Below, one piece after another: positions 46,468 to 55,461 of a stretch of DNA of 64,000 nt. The position numbers and the translations under genes were made by a program. Position 1 is the first letter of the stretch. Each line of letters opens with the position of its first letter. Under the pieces are notes generated by a model. That model had not been told where the DNA came from. It ran no database searches and saw nothing but the letters and a program-made list of their open reading frames with translations. The DNA lies in the sequence record PP400778; one strand, written 5' to 3'. This DNA is from Escherichia phage FL15.

Positions 46468-46830
46468 TTATCGCCCGATCTGATATTTCTCGATCAGCGT
46501 CCACTCTTCTTTCTGTTTGAAAGACAATACACGGAAATTATTAACTTCGGTAGTTTCAAAATCACTATCAATCAGGGTACACAGATTCCACTGCGCCAGA
46601 AGTTTTGCAATGTTATTACGGCGTAATTCATCTTCCCACGTCATTTTAACACTACGACCATCTAATTTCAACAACTCCTTGAAATGAACGATGTAATAGC
46701 GCCCTTTCTTCTGGAGAATATGACAAGACTGATACAGCGTCTTGTCTCGATTGTTGGCAATGCCGCAGCGGGTTAAAGTTTCCTTAATTTTAAGGAAGTT
46801 TTCAGGACTAATCAAATTAATTTCAATCAT
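46468..46830 (-). CDS. regA: translational repressor RegA
   Basis: 120 aa; MIEINLISPENFLKIKETLTRCGIANNRDKTLYQSCHILQKKGRYYIVHFKE matches T4 RegA almost residue for residue. Confidence 0.95.
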   Translation of the reverse strand: MIEINLISPENFLKIKETLTRCGIANNRDKTLYQSCHILQKKGRYYIVHFKELLKLDGRSVKMTWEDELRRNNIAKLLAQWNLCTLIDSDFETTEVNNFRVLSFKQKEEWTLIEKYQIGR

Positions 46831-46831
46831 T

Positions 46832-47410
46832 TTACCACCTTTCTATAATCTTTTTAAGTCGTTTCCTTTCTGTCTGATTCTTAGTAACACCCGCCAAAAG
46901 TTCATCGGTCGCATACGGTTTAATGTGCTTCAATAACTTGTCCATATATCCCTTTTCATTAGCCAAATCGAGATAAAACCGGGCGTCATCCATATTTACA
47001 CAATATGCTTTCGCCACTGCCATTAAAACCAATTTTTGGTCCAATTCTTCTGTTAGTTTAGCCCATTTACCGTATCGTTTCCCCTTAGAAATACTCTGTA
47101 AGAGATAATCAAAATGCATTTGATCTGGGAGGCCATGACCGATTAAATTCATCACATACGCGCTATATAGGCAATCTGCGTGCTGGGAAAGAGCGGTGTT
47201 AATCCATCTCTGGTTATATGCAGAATTGTTTCCCACATTAACGCGCTGTTTATCTAAGGTGATATGATCCATCAGAGCAAATAATGCATTGTCGGTTTTC
47301 TCGGTGAATGTATCCGCTAATTCAGACACCTTTTCCCAATCACGAGAGCGCCATGCAATTTCATGCTCGTTTAATTGTGTATCATCTTCACCGAAAAATT
47401 GACCTAACAT
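46832..47410 (-). CDS. 62: clamp-loader small subunit gp62
   Basis: 192 aa; matches T4 gp62 (QLNEH..AW.S.DW, Y.MNLIG.GL, KGKRYGKWAKL, QLKK). Confidence 0.9.
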   Translation of the reverse strand: MLGQFFGEDDTQLNEHEIAWRSRDWEKVSELADTFTEKTDNALFALMDHITLDKQRVNVGNNSAYNQRWINTALSQHADCLYSAYVMNLIGHGLPDQMHFDYLLQSISKGKRYGKWAKLTEELDQKLVLMAVAKAYCVNMDDARFYLDLANEKGYMDKLLKHIKPYATDELLAGVTKNQTERKRLKKIIERW

Positions 47411-48384
47411 TATACGAACTCCAATTCAACCATTAATTGCATTAACAAAAAGACAATGTGAATCTCTTTATCAGCCGCGTGTGCAAACATCTGATTATTT
47501 TCACCGATAATCTCAGTGAGACGAATAATAGAAGCTGGCTTAACTTGAGTATACAACTCATTATAAAGTTTCTTGACAAATTGAGCGTATGTATTGGTAT
47601 ATCGCGGCGCAAGTTTACGCACATTAGCAAACTGTTTAGTTTTAAGTGCTTCCACCACATCGGTTACTTCGGTATTGCTACTTTCGATAACCATGCTCAA
47701 TACGCCAGCATCAATTTTACCATGTTTAGCGTAGCGGTCCAAAAGTTTCATTACGCGTCGGAAGTCTGGGAAGTTCTGTTTAACCAGTTCCGCTAATACG
47801 CGCATTTCTTCTACTGGCACACCTTCTTTATCAAGAATTGCTTTACACCGGACGATCATTTCTTTCATCATGCGAAGCTGATCATCTTTAGTCGGAGATC
47901 CAAACGTTATGGGGTCAAATCGAGATCGTAACGCTGGGATAATACCTTCTAGATCGTTTGCTGTGATAATGAATGTCACATTGTTTGAGTATGCCTCAGA
48001 GAAACTACGCAAGTGTCTTTGAGCGTCAGCCAACCCCGCTCGGTCATACTCATCGATAATAACAACTTTGCCTTTTTCTCTTTTTTCTTCATCGAGTGAT
48101 ACACTCTGCGCAAAGCGTGTAATCTCATCGCGGATAAAATCAATCTTACAATCTGCGCCGTTAACAAACAGATAATCAACACCCACATCTTCGCAAAGCG
48201 CCTTAGCAACGGTTGTTTTACCAGTACCCGGCGATGGGCTATGCAGGATCATAGAAGGGATTCGGCCTTGCTTAACAATCTGCGCGAAGATCTTTTTATC
48301 TGCTTCCGGCAGAATACATTCAGAAATTGATTTCGGACGGTATTTCTGTTCCCACTGAAACTCATTTTCATTAACACTCAGCAT
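47410..48384 (-). CDS. 44: clamp-loader large subunit gp44 (AAA+)
   Basis: Start MLSVNEN with GAGGTG SD; Walker A SPGTGKTT, DEYD, SRFD; overlaps gp62 start (ATGA). Confidence 0.95.
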   Translation of the reverse strand: MLSVNENEFQWEQKYRPKSISECILPEADKKIFAQIVKQGRIPSMILHSPSPGTGKTTVAKALCEDVGVDYLFVNGADCKIDFIRDEITRFAQSVSLDEEKREKGKVVIIDEYDRAGLADAQRHLRSFSEAYSNNVTFIITANDLEGIIPALRSRFDPITFGSPTKDDQLRMMKEMIVRCKAILDKEGVPVEEMRVLAELVKQNFPDFRRVMKLLDRYAKHGKIDAGVLSMVIESSNTEVTDVVEALKTKQFANVRKLAPRYTNTYAQFVKKLYNELYTQVKPASIIRLTEIIGENNQMFAHAADKEIHIVFLLMQLMVELEFV

Positions 48385-48417
48385 ATAATCACCTCTCACA
48401 AATTACATCATTAAAAC

Positions 48418-48438
48418 GGGGAGTATTTTATACTCCCC
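48418..48438 (-). promoter_or_regulatory. intergenic stem-loop between genes 45 and 44 sharing the GGGAGTA palindrome
   Basis: GGGGAGTA-TTTTA-TACTCCCC; same arms as the palindromes in the 21700 and 22245 promoter cassettes; loop reads TATAAAATA on the minus strand. Confidence 0.4.
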
Positions 48439-48450
48439 ACAAACATTATA

Positions 48451-49137
48451 TTAGTCGGTGTAGCTGGAGTCAAGGTCACACGCGATCATATAAGATACGG
48501 TTTCACTTGCCAGCCATACAGCCTTACGGCGAGTGAAGCTCAGTTTGTAATCGCCGAAGTCAGTAGCAACCAGTTTCATGTTATCTTTACGAATAAAGAA
48601 ATGGAAGTCTGCGGTTCCGGTATATTCGCCCATATCAAGACAAAACATCTCATTAGGATTATTTTTGTCAATCTCTTCCCAACCTTTGATCATCAGACGA
48701 CCATCAATCGGAAGAAATTCAAGGCGATCCACTTTAAGCTGATTGCTCATTTTCATAAGCTGTTTCAGATCGTCGTTGCTCAGTTCGTAATCTACATCGC
48801 TTGCAGGTGGAGTAACTCGGCCTTTCGGTGATACGATAGCAGCAGCACTAGCACCAGGATAATTAATTTTCAGACGATCATTAGACACACGAATGTTTCC
48901 GGTGCGGTTATCAACCGTAATATCTGCTTCATCGCCCACCAGATTCAGAATGCCCAAGAAAGAGTTAAGATCATAGATCCCAATTTCGTGTTCCAGTTCT
49001 TGATTCAGAGTCGCTTCACCATATACAACGTTTGTCATGTTTTTGGTGATCAGGACGTTTCCTTTTTTCAGGATGATACCTGGGTTAATAGCGGAAAAGT
49101 TTTTCAGGATAGCAATGGTTTCTTTAGTCAGTTTCAT
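48451..49137 (-). CDS. 45: sliding clamp gp45
   Basis: 228 aa; matches T4 gp45 (LKNF..IN.GI.LK, IYDLN.FLGIL.LV); AAAGGTGA SD. Confidence 0.95.
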   Translation of the reverse strand: MKLTKETIAILKNFSAINPGIILKKGNVLITKNMTNVVYGEATLNQELEHEIGIYDLNSFLGILNLVGDEADITVDNRTGNIRVSNDRLKINYPGASAAAIVSPKGRVTPPASDVDYELSNDDLKQLMKMSNQLKVDRLEFLPIDGRLMIKGWEEIDKNNPNEMFCLDMGEYTGTADFHFFIRKDNMKLVATDFGDYKLSFTRRKAVWLASETVSYMIACDLDSSYTD

Positions 49138-49167
49138 CAAATCACCTTTATCATGTTAATCAATTAA

Positions 49168-49545
49168 TTACGGGTTTACTTCGTGCTCATTTTGAATCTT
49201 TAGCATTCTTTCGATAAATTTTTTCTCGGCTTCCTTGTCGGATGAGTGAGTATACTTCAATCCAATGTAAGCTGTCAAGTATTGTTGCAGAGCATAGACA
49301 GTAACAGGATTCTTTGCGGTCTTTTTGCCGTCGAGATATACCAGATCACCACGAACATCAAACGCAAGTTTACGACGAATCACATCATCAACAAATTTAT
49401 CTAGGACAAAATACCACTCAATACATTCTATCCCGTGACGGTAGTTCATTACATCATTATCTTTGATATAGTCAAACGGAATATGACATAATTTACGATT
49501 TTGTAGGATGAATAGCATTTGTTCTTTTAAGCTCATACGTTTCAT
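49168..49545 (-). CDS. hypothetical protein at the rpbA position
   Basis: ORF downstream of gene 45; start at MKRMSLKEQ; identity with RpbA not verified. Confidence 0.45.
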   Translation of the reverse strand: MKRMSLKEQMLFILQNRKLCHIPFDYIKDNDVMNYRHGIECIEWYFVLDKFVDDVIRRKLAFDVRGDLVYLDGKKTAKNPVTVYALQQYLTAYIGLKYTHSSDKEAEKKFIERMLKIQNEHEVNP

Positions 49546-49549
49546 TCTA

Positions 49550-49927
49550 TCACTTCCCATCAGCAATTGCGATCAGACGAGTTACTACTACGCTAGCGGC
49601 TTCAATCAGCAGTTCATCAGTGTCAATCTGATAACCCTTTTCGAGAATATCTTTACCTCGAATAGTTTTAGCGCCTTTAGCAATTGAATCATCGTAATAC
49701 TTGCGCATTGCCGCGATCCATTCTTTTTGCACCATATCATCAATATGAGCGTACAGTTCAAAGCGTGCTTGCTGCGGGATAACCTTCATTTTAGCTTTCT
49801 CGCTTTCTGGCATTTGTAGTACCCACGCTTTACGGATCTTGTTCATTGCTCGGTCAAATTCGAGACTGGTTTTCTTGTTCTGAATGTCTGCTACAGTAAT
49901 TTTAGCCAGGTTTGCGGAAGTAGTCAT
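49550..49927 (-). CDS. hypothetical protein
   Basis: ORF from ATG 49927 (MTTSANLAK...) with GGAG SD. Confidence 0.5.
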   Translation of the reverse strand: MTTSANLAKITVADIQNKKTSLEFDRAMNKIRKAWVLQMPESEKAKMKVIPQQARFELYAHIDDMVQKEWIAAMRKYYDDSIAKGAKTIRGKDILEKGYQIDTDELLIEAASVVVTRLIAIADGK

Positions 49928-49958
49928 AATATTAATCTCCAAAAATAAAATCAGTATA

Positions 49959-50189
49959 TCACGTTCTAAAGTTTGTTGCAACCCCAGCATCAGGGTAATC
50001 AAGTTTATCAAAGTTGGGGACCAGCATAAACTCATGATGACGACAAGACAACATTTTTGTTATGTCTGCATCGCTGTATATGCTGTTTTTCATGTCCCCC
50101 ATACTAACTACATATTCTTCACCGGAATATAGATTGATTAAGGTATACAATTCTAACTCCGGCTGCGTTACTCTGTCAAATGTTAACAT
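49959..50189 (-). CDS. hypothetical small protein
   Basis: 76-aa ORF overlapping the gene 46 stop. Confidence 0.45.
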   Translation of the reverse strand: MLTFDRVTQPELELYTLINLYSGEEYVVSMGDMKNSIYSDADITKMLSCRHHEFMLVPNFDKLDYPDAGVATNFRT

Positions 50190-51858
50190 TCATTTCAGTG
50201 AATCGCCCACGTTTAACCATCTTGAGATGACGGCTAAAATCATCAGGGTTATGGCCACGATGGCTGATAATATACACGTTATCATCTAACTTGTCAATGA
50301 TGGAATCAAGTGCTTTTACGCCCTGAACGTCCGTAGCCCCATCATAAATTTCGTCGAGTACCAACAAAGAAATATTAGTACCAGATACTTTACCAGCAAC
50401 ATCACGCCATGTAAAGAGCATCGCAAGGTCAATACGTGCTTTTTCGCCTTGACTGAATGATGTATACGAAAACGATTCCCGCCCCCGTGATTTGATTGTT
50501 TCGTTAAACTCTTCATCTAGCGTAAAGATATAATCCGCTTCCATGATATCAAGATAATACGCAATCCGATCATTGAAATATGGAATATATTTCTTGACGA
50601 TAGACGCCTTAACACCGGAATCCTTCAACATTTCTGTTACAAATCCACGGTGATATTTTTCAAGAACTAGCTTTGATTTTTCATTAGTAATCTCTACCAG
50701 TTCGTGTTCCAGTTTAGCAAGTTCTTCGGAATTGTCAACCCTTTCTTTTTGTAATTCCTGAATTGCTTTCTGGATCTGTTTAGCCCGACCTACAGATGCC
50801 GTTAAATTCGCTCTCTGTGACTCTATAGCGCGTTTAATTTCCAAGACCTTAGTTTGTGCTGTCTGGAAAGAATTGGCCTTCTCCGCGTATTCTACGCGTT
50901 TCTCGTCAATCAGAGACAGTTTATGTTCTGCTTGTGCTTTTTGTTCGCGTACAGCTTGATCATTACCTTGAATAATCGGTTGTGTGCACGTAGGACAGAC
51001 CCCGCCTTTCTCATGCATATGAATAACACGGTCAAAGTTCTGGATCTGCGCACCAATCTGAGCAATAGCAGTATTGATTTTAGTCAATGCCGCGCTAGGA
51101 TCTTCCGGCATAACAACCGACAATAGCTCATCTGTCAAGCGTGTTTCTTCCGCTTTAAATGCTTTAGCGGATTCTACTTCTTTCTCGTACATATTCTGCA
51201 AACGCTGTAGATTCTCGGCACTAGCCTTGCTAGCGTCCTCTATGTACTTTTTATGAGTATTGATTTGTTGCTGAACGTGATTAGCTTTCATTTCCTGCAT
51301 TTGGATATTCTGGGTTATCTCGCGCACATACGCTTTATTCAGTTTATCCATTTCGCCTAGCGTAGCAATATCAAGCAAATCCTCGACCAGCTTACGGCGA
51401 CCCGCTGCCGGAAGACTCATAAACGGAACATAACCAGCAGTGCCTAAAACAACGATCTGTTTAAAGCTGGCTAGGTTCATGCCTATGATACCTTCAAAAT
51501 ATTCCTGAAAGTCTTTGGTGCTTGCGCTCTCGTCGATCTTTTGACCGTCGCGATGCACTTCGAATACTTCCGGTTTTTGACCACGTTTGATATAAAACTC
51601 TTTCCCGTCCAGTTCAAACCAGACTTCGACTAACAGTTTCTTTTTGTTGACGCTGTTAATCAATTGGCCTTTCTTGATACTACGAAACGGTTTACCGAAC
51701 AACACAAAGCAAAGCGCCTCGATCATTGTTGATTTACCAGCACCGTTAACACCAGTGATTAGTGTCTTTTTGAATCCGTCTAGCTGAATCTCTACAGGTT
51801 CAGCACCCACGCTCATTATATTTTGATAGCGCAAGGTTTTAAAATTTAACTTTGCCAT
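50176..51858 (-). CDS. 46: recombination nuclease subunit gp46 (Rad50/SbcC-like ATPase)
   Basis: Start MAKLNFKTLRYQNIMSVG; Walker A GVNGAGKST, central coiled coil with CPTC hook, C-terminal FTLDEEFNETIKSRGRE.FSY.SFS.GEKARID and LLVLDE match T4 gp46. Confidence 0.95.
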   Translation of the reverse strand: MAKLNFKTLRYQNIMSVGAEPVEIQLDGFKKTLITGVNGAGKSTMIEALCFVLFGKPFRSIKKGQLINSVNKKKLLVEVWFELDGKEFYIKRGQKPEVFEVHRDGQKIDESASTKDFQEYFEGIIGMNLASFKQIVVLGTAGYVPFMSLPAAGRRKLVEDLLDIATLGEMDKLNKAYVREITQNIQMQEMKANHVQQQINTHKKYIEDASKASAENLQRLQNMYEKEVESAKAFKAEETRLTDELLSVVMPEDPSAALTKINTAIAQIGAQIQNFDRVIHMHEKGGVCPTCTQPIIQGNDQAVREQKAQAEHKLSLIDEKRVEYAEKANSFQTAQTKVLEIKRAIESQRANLTASVGRAKQIQKAIQELQKERVDNSEELAKLEHELVEITNEKSKLVLEKYHRGFVTEMLKDSGVKASIVKKYIPYFNDRIAYYLDIMEADYIFTLDEEFNETIKSRGRESFSYTSFSQGEKARIDLAMLFTWRDVAGKVSGTNISLLVLDEIYDGATDVQGVKALDSIIDKLDDNVYIISHRGHNPDDFSRHLKMVKRGRFTEMNVNI

Positions 51859-52102
51859 TAATCCACTCCGCAATCACACATTCCATAATATTAAATGCTA
51901 ACACATCTTCATCAATGTTGTAAACACTTGCCGCCTTCACTTTAACTAATGTGTCTCTGCGATCTGGCAACATGATCACATAATCCAGTGTCGCAGGATC
52001 ATATGTCATAAAGGGATCAACATAAATCCCTTTATTCAATGCCAGATATTCGCGAAGACCTTCTATAACCCTGTGTCTAAGGTAGGTCATCGATAGAATC
52101 AT
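51839..52102 (-). CDS. hypothetical protein
   Basis: 87-aa ORF between genes 47 and 46. Confidence 0.45.
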   Translation of the reverse strand: MILSMTYLRHRVIEGLREYLALNKGIYVDPFMTYDPATLDYVIMLPDRRDTLVKVKAASVYNIDEDVLAFNIMECVIAEWINGKVKF

Positions 52103-52671
52103 TTTAGTTTATGTTCCTCTAAAAATTCTTCAATTTCACCTTGCAGGTCTTCCGCTTGCTGTTCCAGAATATCGCGAAATTCACCTACAGTCAAGCGGTA
52201 ATCACATTTCACCAGTCGATGCGGGAGAATATACCCTTTATACATTGTCTCTGACGCTTCCAGGAATACCCCACTATGCATGACAGAGATCCAACCTGTT
52301 AACGTCAATGGAGTATTCGGAAAATAATACTTGCTGGATTGTTTCCACTGTACGAAAGCACCATATACAATCGGATTATATTCACCAACCACACTCTTAA
52401 TAATGGATTCTACTTTGTCTTTTACAAAGTCGCCAATGTCCATAGTTACCATCAAATCCTGTGGATGAATCACTTTAAGGTAACGACGATAACCGTCATC
52501 ATACCACATCTTAACCACTGGCTGACCCCACATTTTAGCAATACTCGCTTTCAGATAGCCATAGATCGGATTCTTGCAATGTGATTGTTTTAGTGTGTAT
52601 GTGTGCACCAATTTAATAAAATGTTCCATTACCAACAAATCAGAATCAGCCGCGACCATAGTCGTATTCAT
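52099..52671 (-). CDS. hypothetical protein
   Basis: ORF; start at MNTTMVAADSD with GAGGAA SD. Confidence 0.5.
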   Translation of the reverse strand: MNTTMVAADSDLLVMEHFIKLVHTYTLKQSHCKNPIYGYLKASIAKMWGQPVVKMWYDDGYRRYLKVIHPQDLMVTMDIGDFVKDKVESIIKSVVGEYNPIVYGAFVQWKQSSKYYFPNTPLTLTGWISVMHSGVFLEASETMYKGYILPHRLVKCDYRLTVGEFRDILEQQAEDLQGEIEEFLEEHKLK

Positions 52672-52963
52672 AATATGTTCCTCGTTCAATCTCATATTGT
52701 TTCAGGTCTTCTAAAAGTTCATCCACTGCTTGTTTCAGTACATGACGCAGCGTAAAGTAATAGCTTTCATCAAATTCTATTTCCGCGCGAGGAATAGAGC
52801 GAAACTTACACTTAACGGTAGTATCAGTGAGTCGCTTTTCGACCATCATCCGAACTTCTTCATGCTCTTTGGAATACCATACATCAACGGAGATCCCCTT
52901 ACGTCGAGCAAACATAGGCAATGCCTCATTAAATTCCATTACCTTTTGTGCAAGTGTTTTCAT
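52646..52963 (-). CDS. hypothetical protein
   Basis: 105-aa ORF. Confidence 0.45.
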   Translation of the reverse strand: MKTLAQKVMEFNEALPMFARRKGISVDVWYSKEHEEVRMMVEKRLTDTTVKCKFRSIPRAEIEFDESYYFTLRHVLKQAVDELLEDLKQYEIERGTYYEYDYGRG

Positions 52964-53223
52964 CGTACAGACCCCATAGATCCACGCGCAATAACATTCT
53001 GGGTAATATCAGCAACCTTACGGGATACGATGTTTGTTAGCCCCTCTTTGGTGATATTTTCACGATCAAATGGGATTTCGTCATGAGTCCACAAACCATA
53101 GTTAGATCGAAATGATAGCATATACTGACCATCTCGCACAACCTCAAATACATGGATCTTAGTGAATTTCGATAAACCTTCGTTGATTTCTTTCAATGCA
53201 TTAGTAATCATAACAACCTCCAA
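52960..53223 (-). CDS. hypothetical protein
   Basis: 87-aa ORF downstream of a promoter/stem-loop cassette. Confidence 0.5.
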   Translation of the reverse strand: MEVVMITNALKEINEGLSKFTKIHVFEVVRDGQYMLSFRSNYGLWTHDEIPFDRENITKEGLTNIVSRKVADITQNVIARGSMGSVR

Positions 53224-53236
53224 TCAATTTTTAGAG

Positions 53237-53265
53237 AGTATAACGGGGATTTCTCCCCGCGTCAA
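53237..53265 (-). promoter_or_regulatory. early promoter with stem-loop in the spacer (PeSL-like)
   Basis: Minus strand TTGACG (53260-53265), spacer containing CGGGGA-GAAA-TCCCCG hairpin, TATACT (53237-53242). Confidence 0.5.
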
Positions 53266-54291
53266 CTAACTTTTTGCGCTATTTACCTCGGCTAAAAGTT
53301 CATCAGAAATACGCTTGACCGCCGCAAGTTCTTCCGGTTCTAGGTTTTGTTCTTCCAGATATTCATATACCATCTGAATAGTGCTTTTAACTTCAATAAC
53401 ACCTGTTTCCTGTGATGCGCTACTCTCCAGTTTATGGACCACTTTTAGCTTGTGTACAACGGCCTCTAACGCGCTTTCTAACTTAGTTAACCCATTATCA
53501 GCAACCGTTGCAATAAGACGCACACTAAGCCCCTTAAAGCGTTCTACATCGATTTTATCATCTGACGGGTAAGTGATACGCACATGATAAGTTTTGTCAT
53601 TCTGGATAAACTCTTTTTTGTGTGTATCGGTATCGAATACCCAAAACCCACGCGGATCGTTTTCGTCACCCGCCGTTAGTGTGTATGGTGTACCGATATA
53701 CGTTACATTACCGCCATCGCTGATAGTATGAAAATGACCGGAAAACACTTCACGGTATTTCTTGAGGAAGTCCGCGCTATAACCTTCGGATTTTAGCCCT
53801 TTATAGAAATAGTAACCGGACAATTCCCAATGGCCTACACAATATTCGCTGAATGAGTTTTGAATAAACTCTAAAATCTCTGATTTATTGTCATCACAAA
53901 ACCACGGGAACAGATCAAATGATACACCATCAAAGGTAACTGTTTCCGGTTTATCGATAACCTTAATGCAATCATACTGGCTTAACACTTCACGCGGTGC
54001 GTTAGGCTGGATCTTGTTTCGTTTAAACATATCATGATTCCCGACCGTGATATAACAAGTAATTCCAGCCTCTTCCAGTAATGGGATGACCTTAGTACGG
54101 TTAAATTTCATGGTTTCATGGGTAATTGCTTTTCGGCAATCAAACCAATCCCCTGTTTGAATCCATGTCTTAATATTATGCTCTTTGGAGTATTCAACCG
54201 CTTTCTTGATGGTATCAAGAATATACTCATGCACCCACGGATCATCGCCACCGATACCAGTATGCAGATCACCTAAAAGCAAAATTTTCAT
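53266..54291 (-). CDS. 47: recombination nuclease subunit gp47 (Mre11/SbcD-like)
   Basis: 341 aa; phosphoesterase motifs (GDLH, GDWFD, GNHD, GHWE, GHFH) in Mre11 order. Confidence 0.95.
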   Translation of the reverse strand: MKILLLGDLHTGIGGDDPWVHEYILDTIKKAVEYSKEHNIKTWIQTGDWFDCRKAITHETMKFNRTKVIPLLEEAGITCYITVGNHDMFKRNKIQPNAPREVLSQYDCIKVIDKPETVTFDGVSFDLFPWFCDDNKSEILEFIQNSFSEYCVGHWELSGYYFYKGLKSEGYSADFLKKYREVFSGHFHTISDGGNVTYIGTPYTLTAGDENDPRGFWVFDTDTHKKEFIQNDKTYHVRITYPSDDKIDVERFKGLSVRLIATVADNGLTKLESALEAVVHKLKVVHKLESSASQETGVIEVKSTIQMVYEYLEEQNLEPEELAAVKRISDELLAEVNSAKS

Positions 54292-54333
54292 AGTCTCTTC
54301 CTCTCTTCGTTTTCGATGCTCTCACTATATCAC

Positions 54334-54359
54334 AGAAAAATAAAAAGGGAAACCCCTTT
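54334..54359 (-). terminator. intrinsic terminator
   Basis: Minus strand AAAGGG-GTTT-CCCTTT followed by TTATTTTTC, between the 54382 ORF and gene 47. Confidence 0.6.
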
Positions 54360-54381
54360 CAGAGTCTCCCTTATAAAGCCA

Positions 54382-54669
54382 TTACAGCATACTTAATACC
54401 GTTTGCCGTGTACTAATCCACATAGCAGAAAGCAGTTCTGGTGTGTGTGGCTGTTTGTAGATATCACGTAATTTTCCGATAGCGTAGATATACGCATCAC
54501 GATTATCATCGATGATAGCTTGTTCAGCCCACCGCTTAAGGCGTGCAATCTCTCGCGAGTTCTTACGCAAGATCTTTTCCGCTTTCTTAGCGGCTTTAGC
54601 CTCTAGTTCTGCTTGTACTTTGTCTACTTCATTCACTGCAATCTGGTCATGCTGTTCATCGTAAGTCAT
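54382..54669 (-). CDS. hypothetical protein
   Basis: 95-aa ORF. Confidence 0.45.
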   Translation of the reverse strand: MTYDEQHDQIAVNEVDKVQAELEAKAAKKAEKILRKNSREIARLKRWAEQAIIDDNRDAYIYAIGKLRDIYKQPHTPELLSAMWISTRQTVLSML

Positions 54670-54670
54670 G

Positions 54671-54904
54671 TTATTTTCCTTCTGGGATATAGTCGATGAT
54701 TAAAGAAAATTCATCTTCTGATACATTATAGCTATGTGAGATTGTACCCGTAAAGACCTCAAGATCCGGTGATTTGATATTGCACGGATCGATAATCACC
54801 GGAACGCCGCAATCTCTCAAAAATAATTTGGCGAAATACGGCACGAGGTCAGTTTCAAACTCTGCTTCTTCCAGCAAACGGGAAATGTTAATTTTCAATC
54901 TCAT
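54671..54904 (-). CDS. hypothetical protein
   Basis: 77-aa ORF directly downstream of gene 55. Confidence 0.45.
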   Translation of the reverse strand: MRLKINISRLLEEAEFETDLVPYFAKLFLRDCGVPVIIDPCNIKSPDLEVFTGTISHSYNVSEDEFSLIIDYIPEGK

Positions 54905-55421
54905 AAAATTGGTCCAGGCTAGGCAATTCCTCGGTCAATACATCTTCAACCTTTGGCGCTTTCGGTTTATTGACCGATTCCTCGTAGTTGTTGATTTTAT
55001 CGTAAATGTCCTGTATGAATGCCTCATCAGCAATCTGGCACATATCAGCGTCGCGTTCGTCATATACATGATGCACAAAATATTTGTATTTTGCGGCTGT
55101 CGCTGTTCTCTCTTTTTTAATGCGCTGTACAAAAGCATTAAAGCACGCTTGCGTGATGTAAGCATGAGGATTTTTATACTTTGTCTCGTCAAAATTAATC
55201 AAACCCTTGACCGCCGCTTCGATTCCGTCGTCGATCATTTCTTCGCGCCATGTTTGACTATAACCAGAAAAGTTAAAACGACGTGATAGATTTTTAGAGA
55301 TTTGCATAATTGCTAGGCCGATTTGATCGCTCATTGGAACTTGCCGACCTTGTGCTGCAATTTGTTGTTTCCAACGGCAAATTTCTTCGTAAAGCTCTTT
55401 ATTGTTTACATAATCAGACAC
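54888..55421 (-). CDS. 55: late-transcription sigma factor gp55
   Basis: 177 aa; [66 protein letters not shown] match T4 gp55; GTG start with GAGGGTG SD. Confidence 0.95.
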   Translation of the reverse strand: MSDYVNNKELYEEICRWKQQIAAQGRQVPMSDQIGLAIMQISKNLSRRFNFSGYSQTWREEMIDDGIEAAVKGLINFDETKYKNPHAYITQACFNAFVQRIKKERTATAAKYKYFVHHVYDERDADMCQIADEAFIQDIYDKINNYEESVNKPKAPKVEDVLTEELPSLDQFYEIEN

Positions 55422-55461
55422 TTCGCACCCTCGCTATTATTTAGGAAATAACCCTTTCGGG

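Noticed and set aside
54774-55286. 170-aa plus-strand ORF
   Set aside because: Antisense to gene 55 and the neighbouring small genes; low-complexity translation. Shadow ORF.
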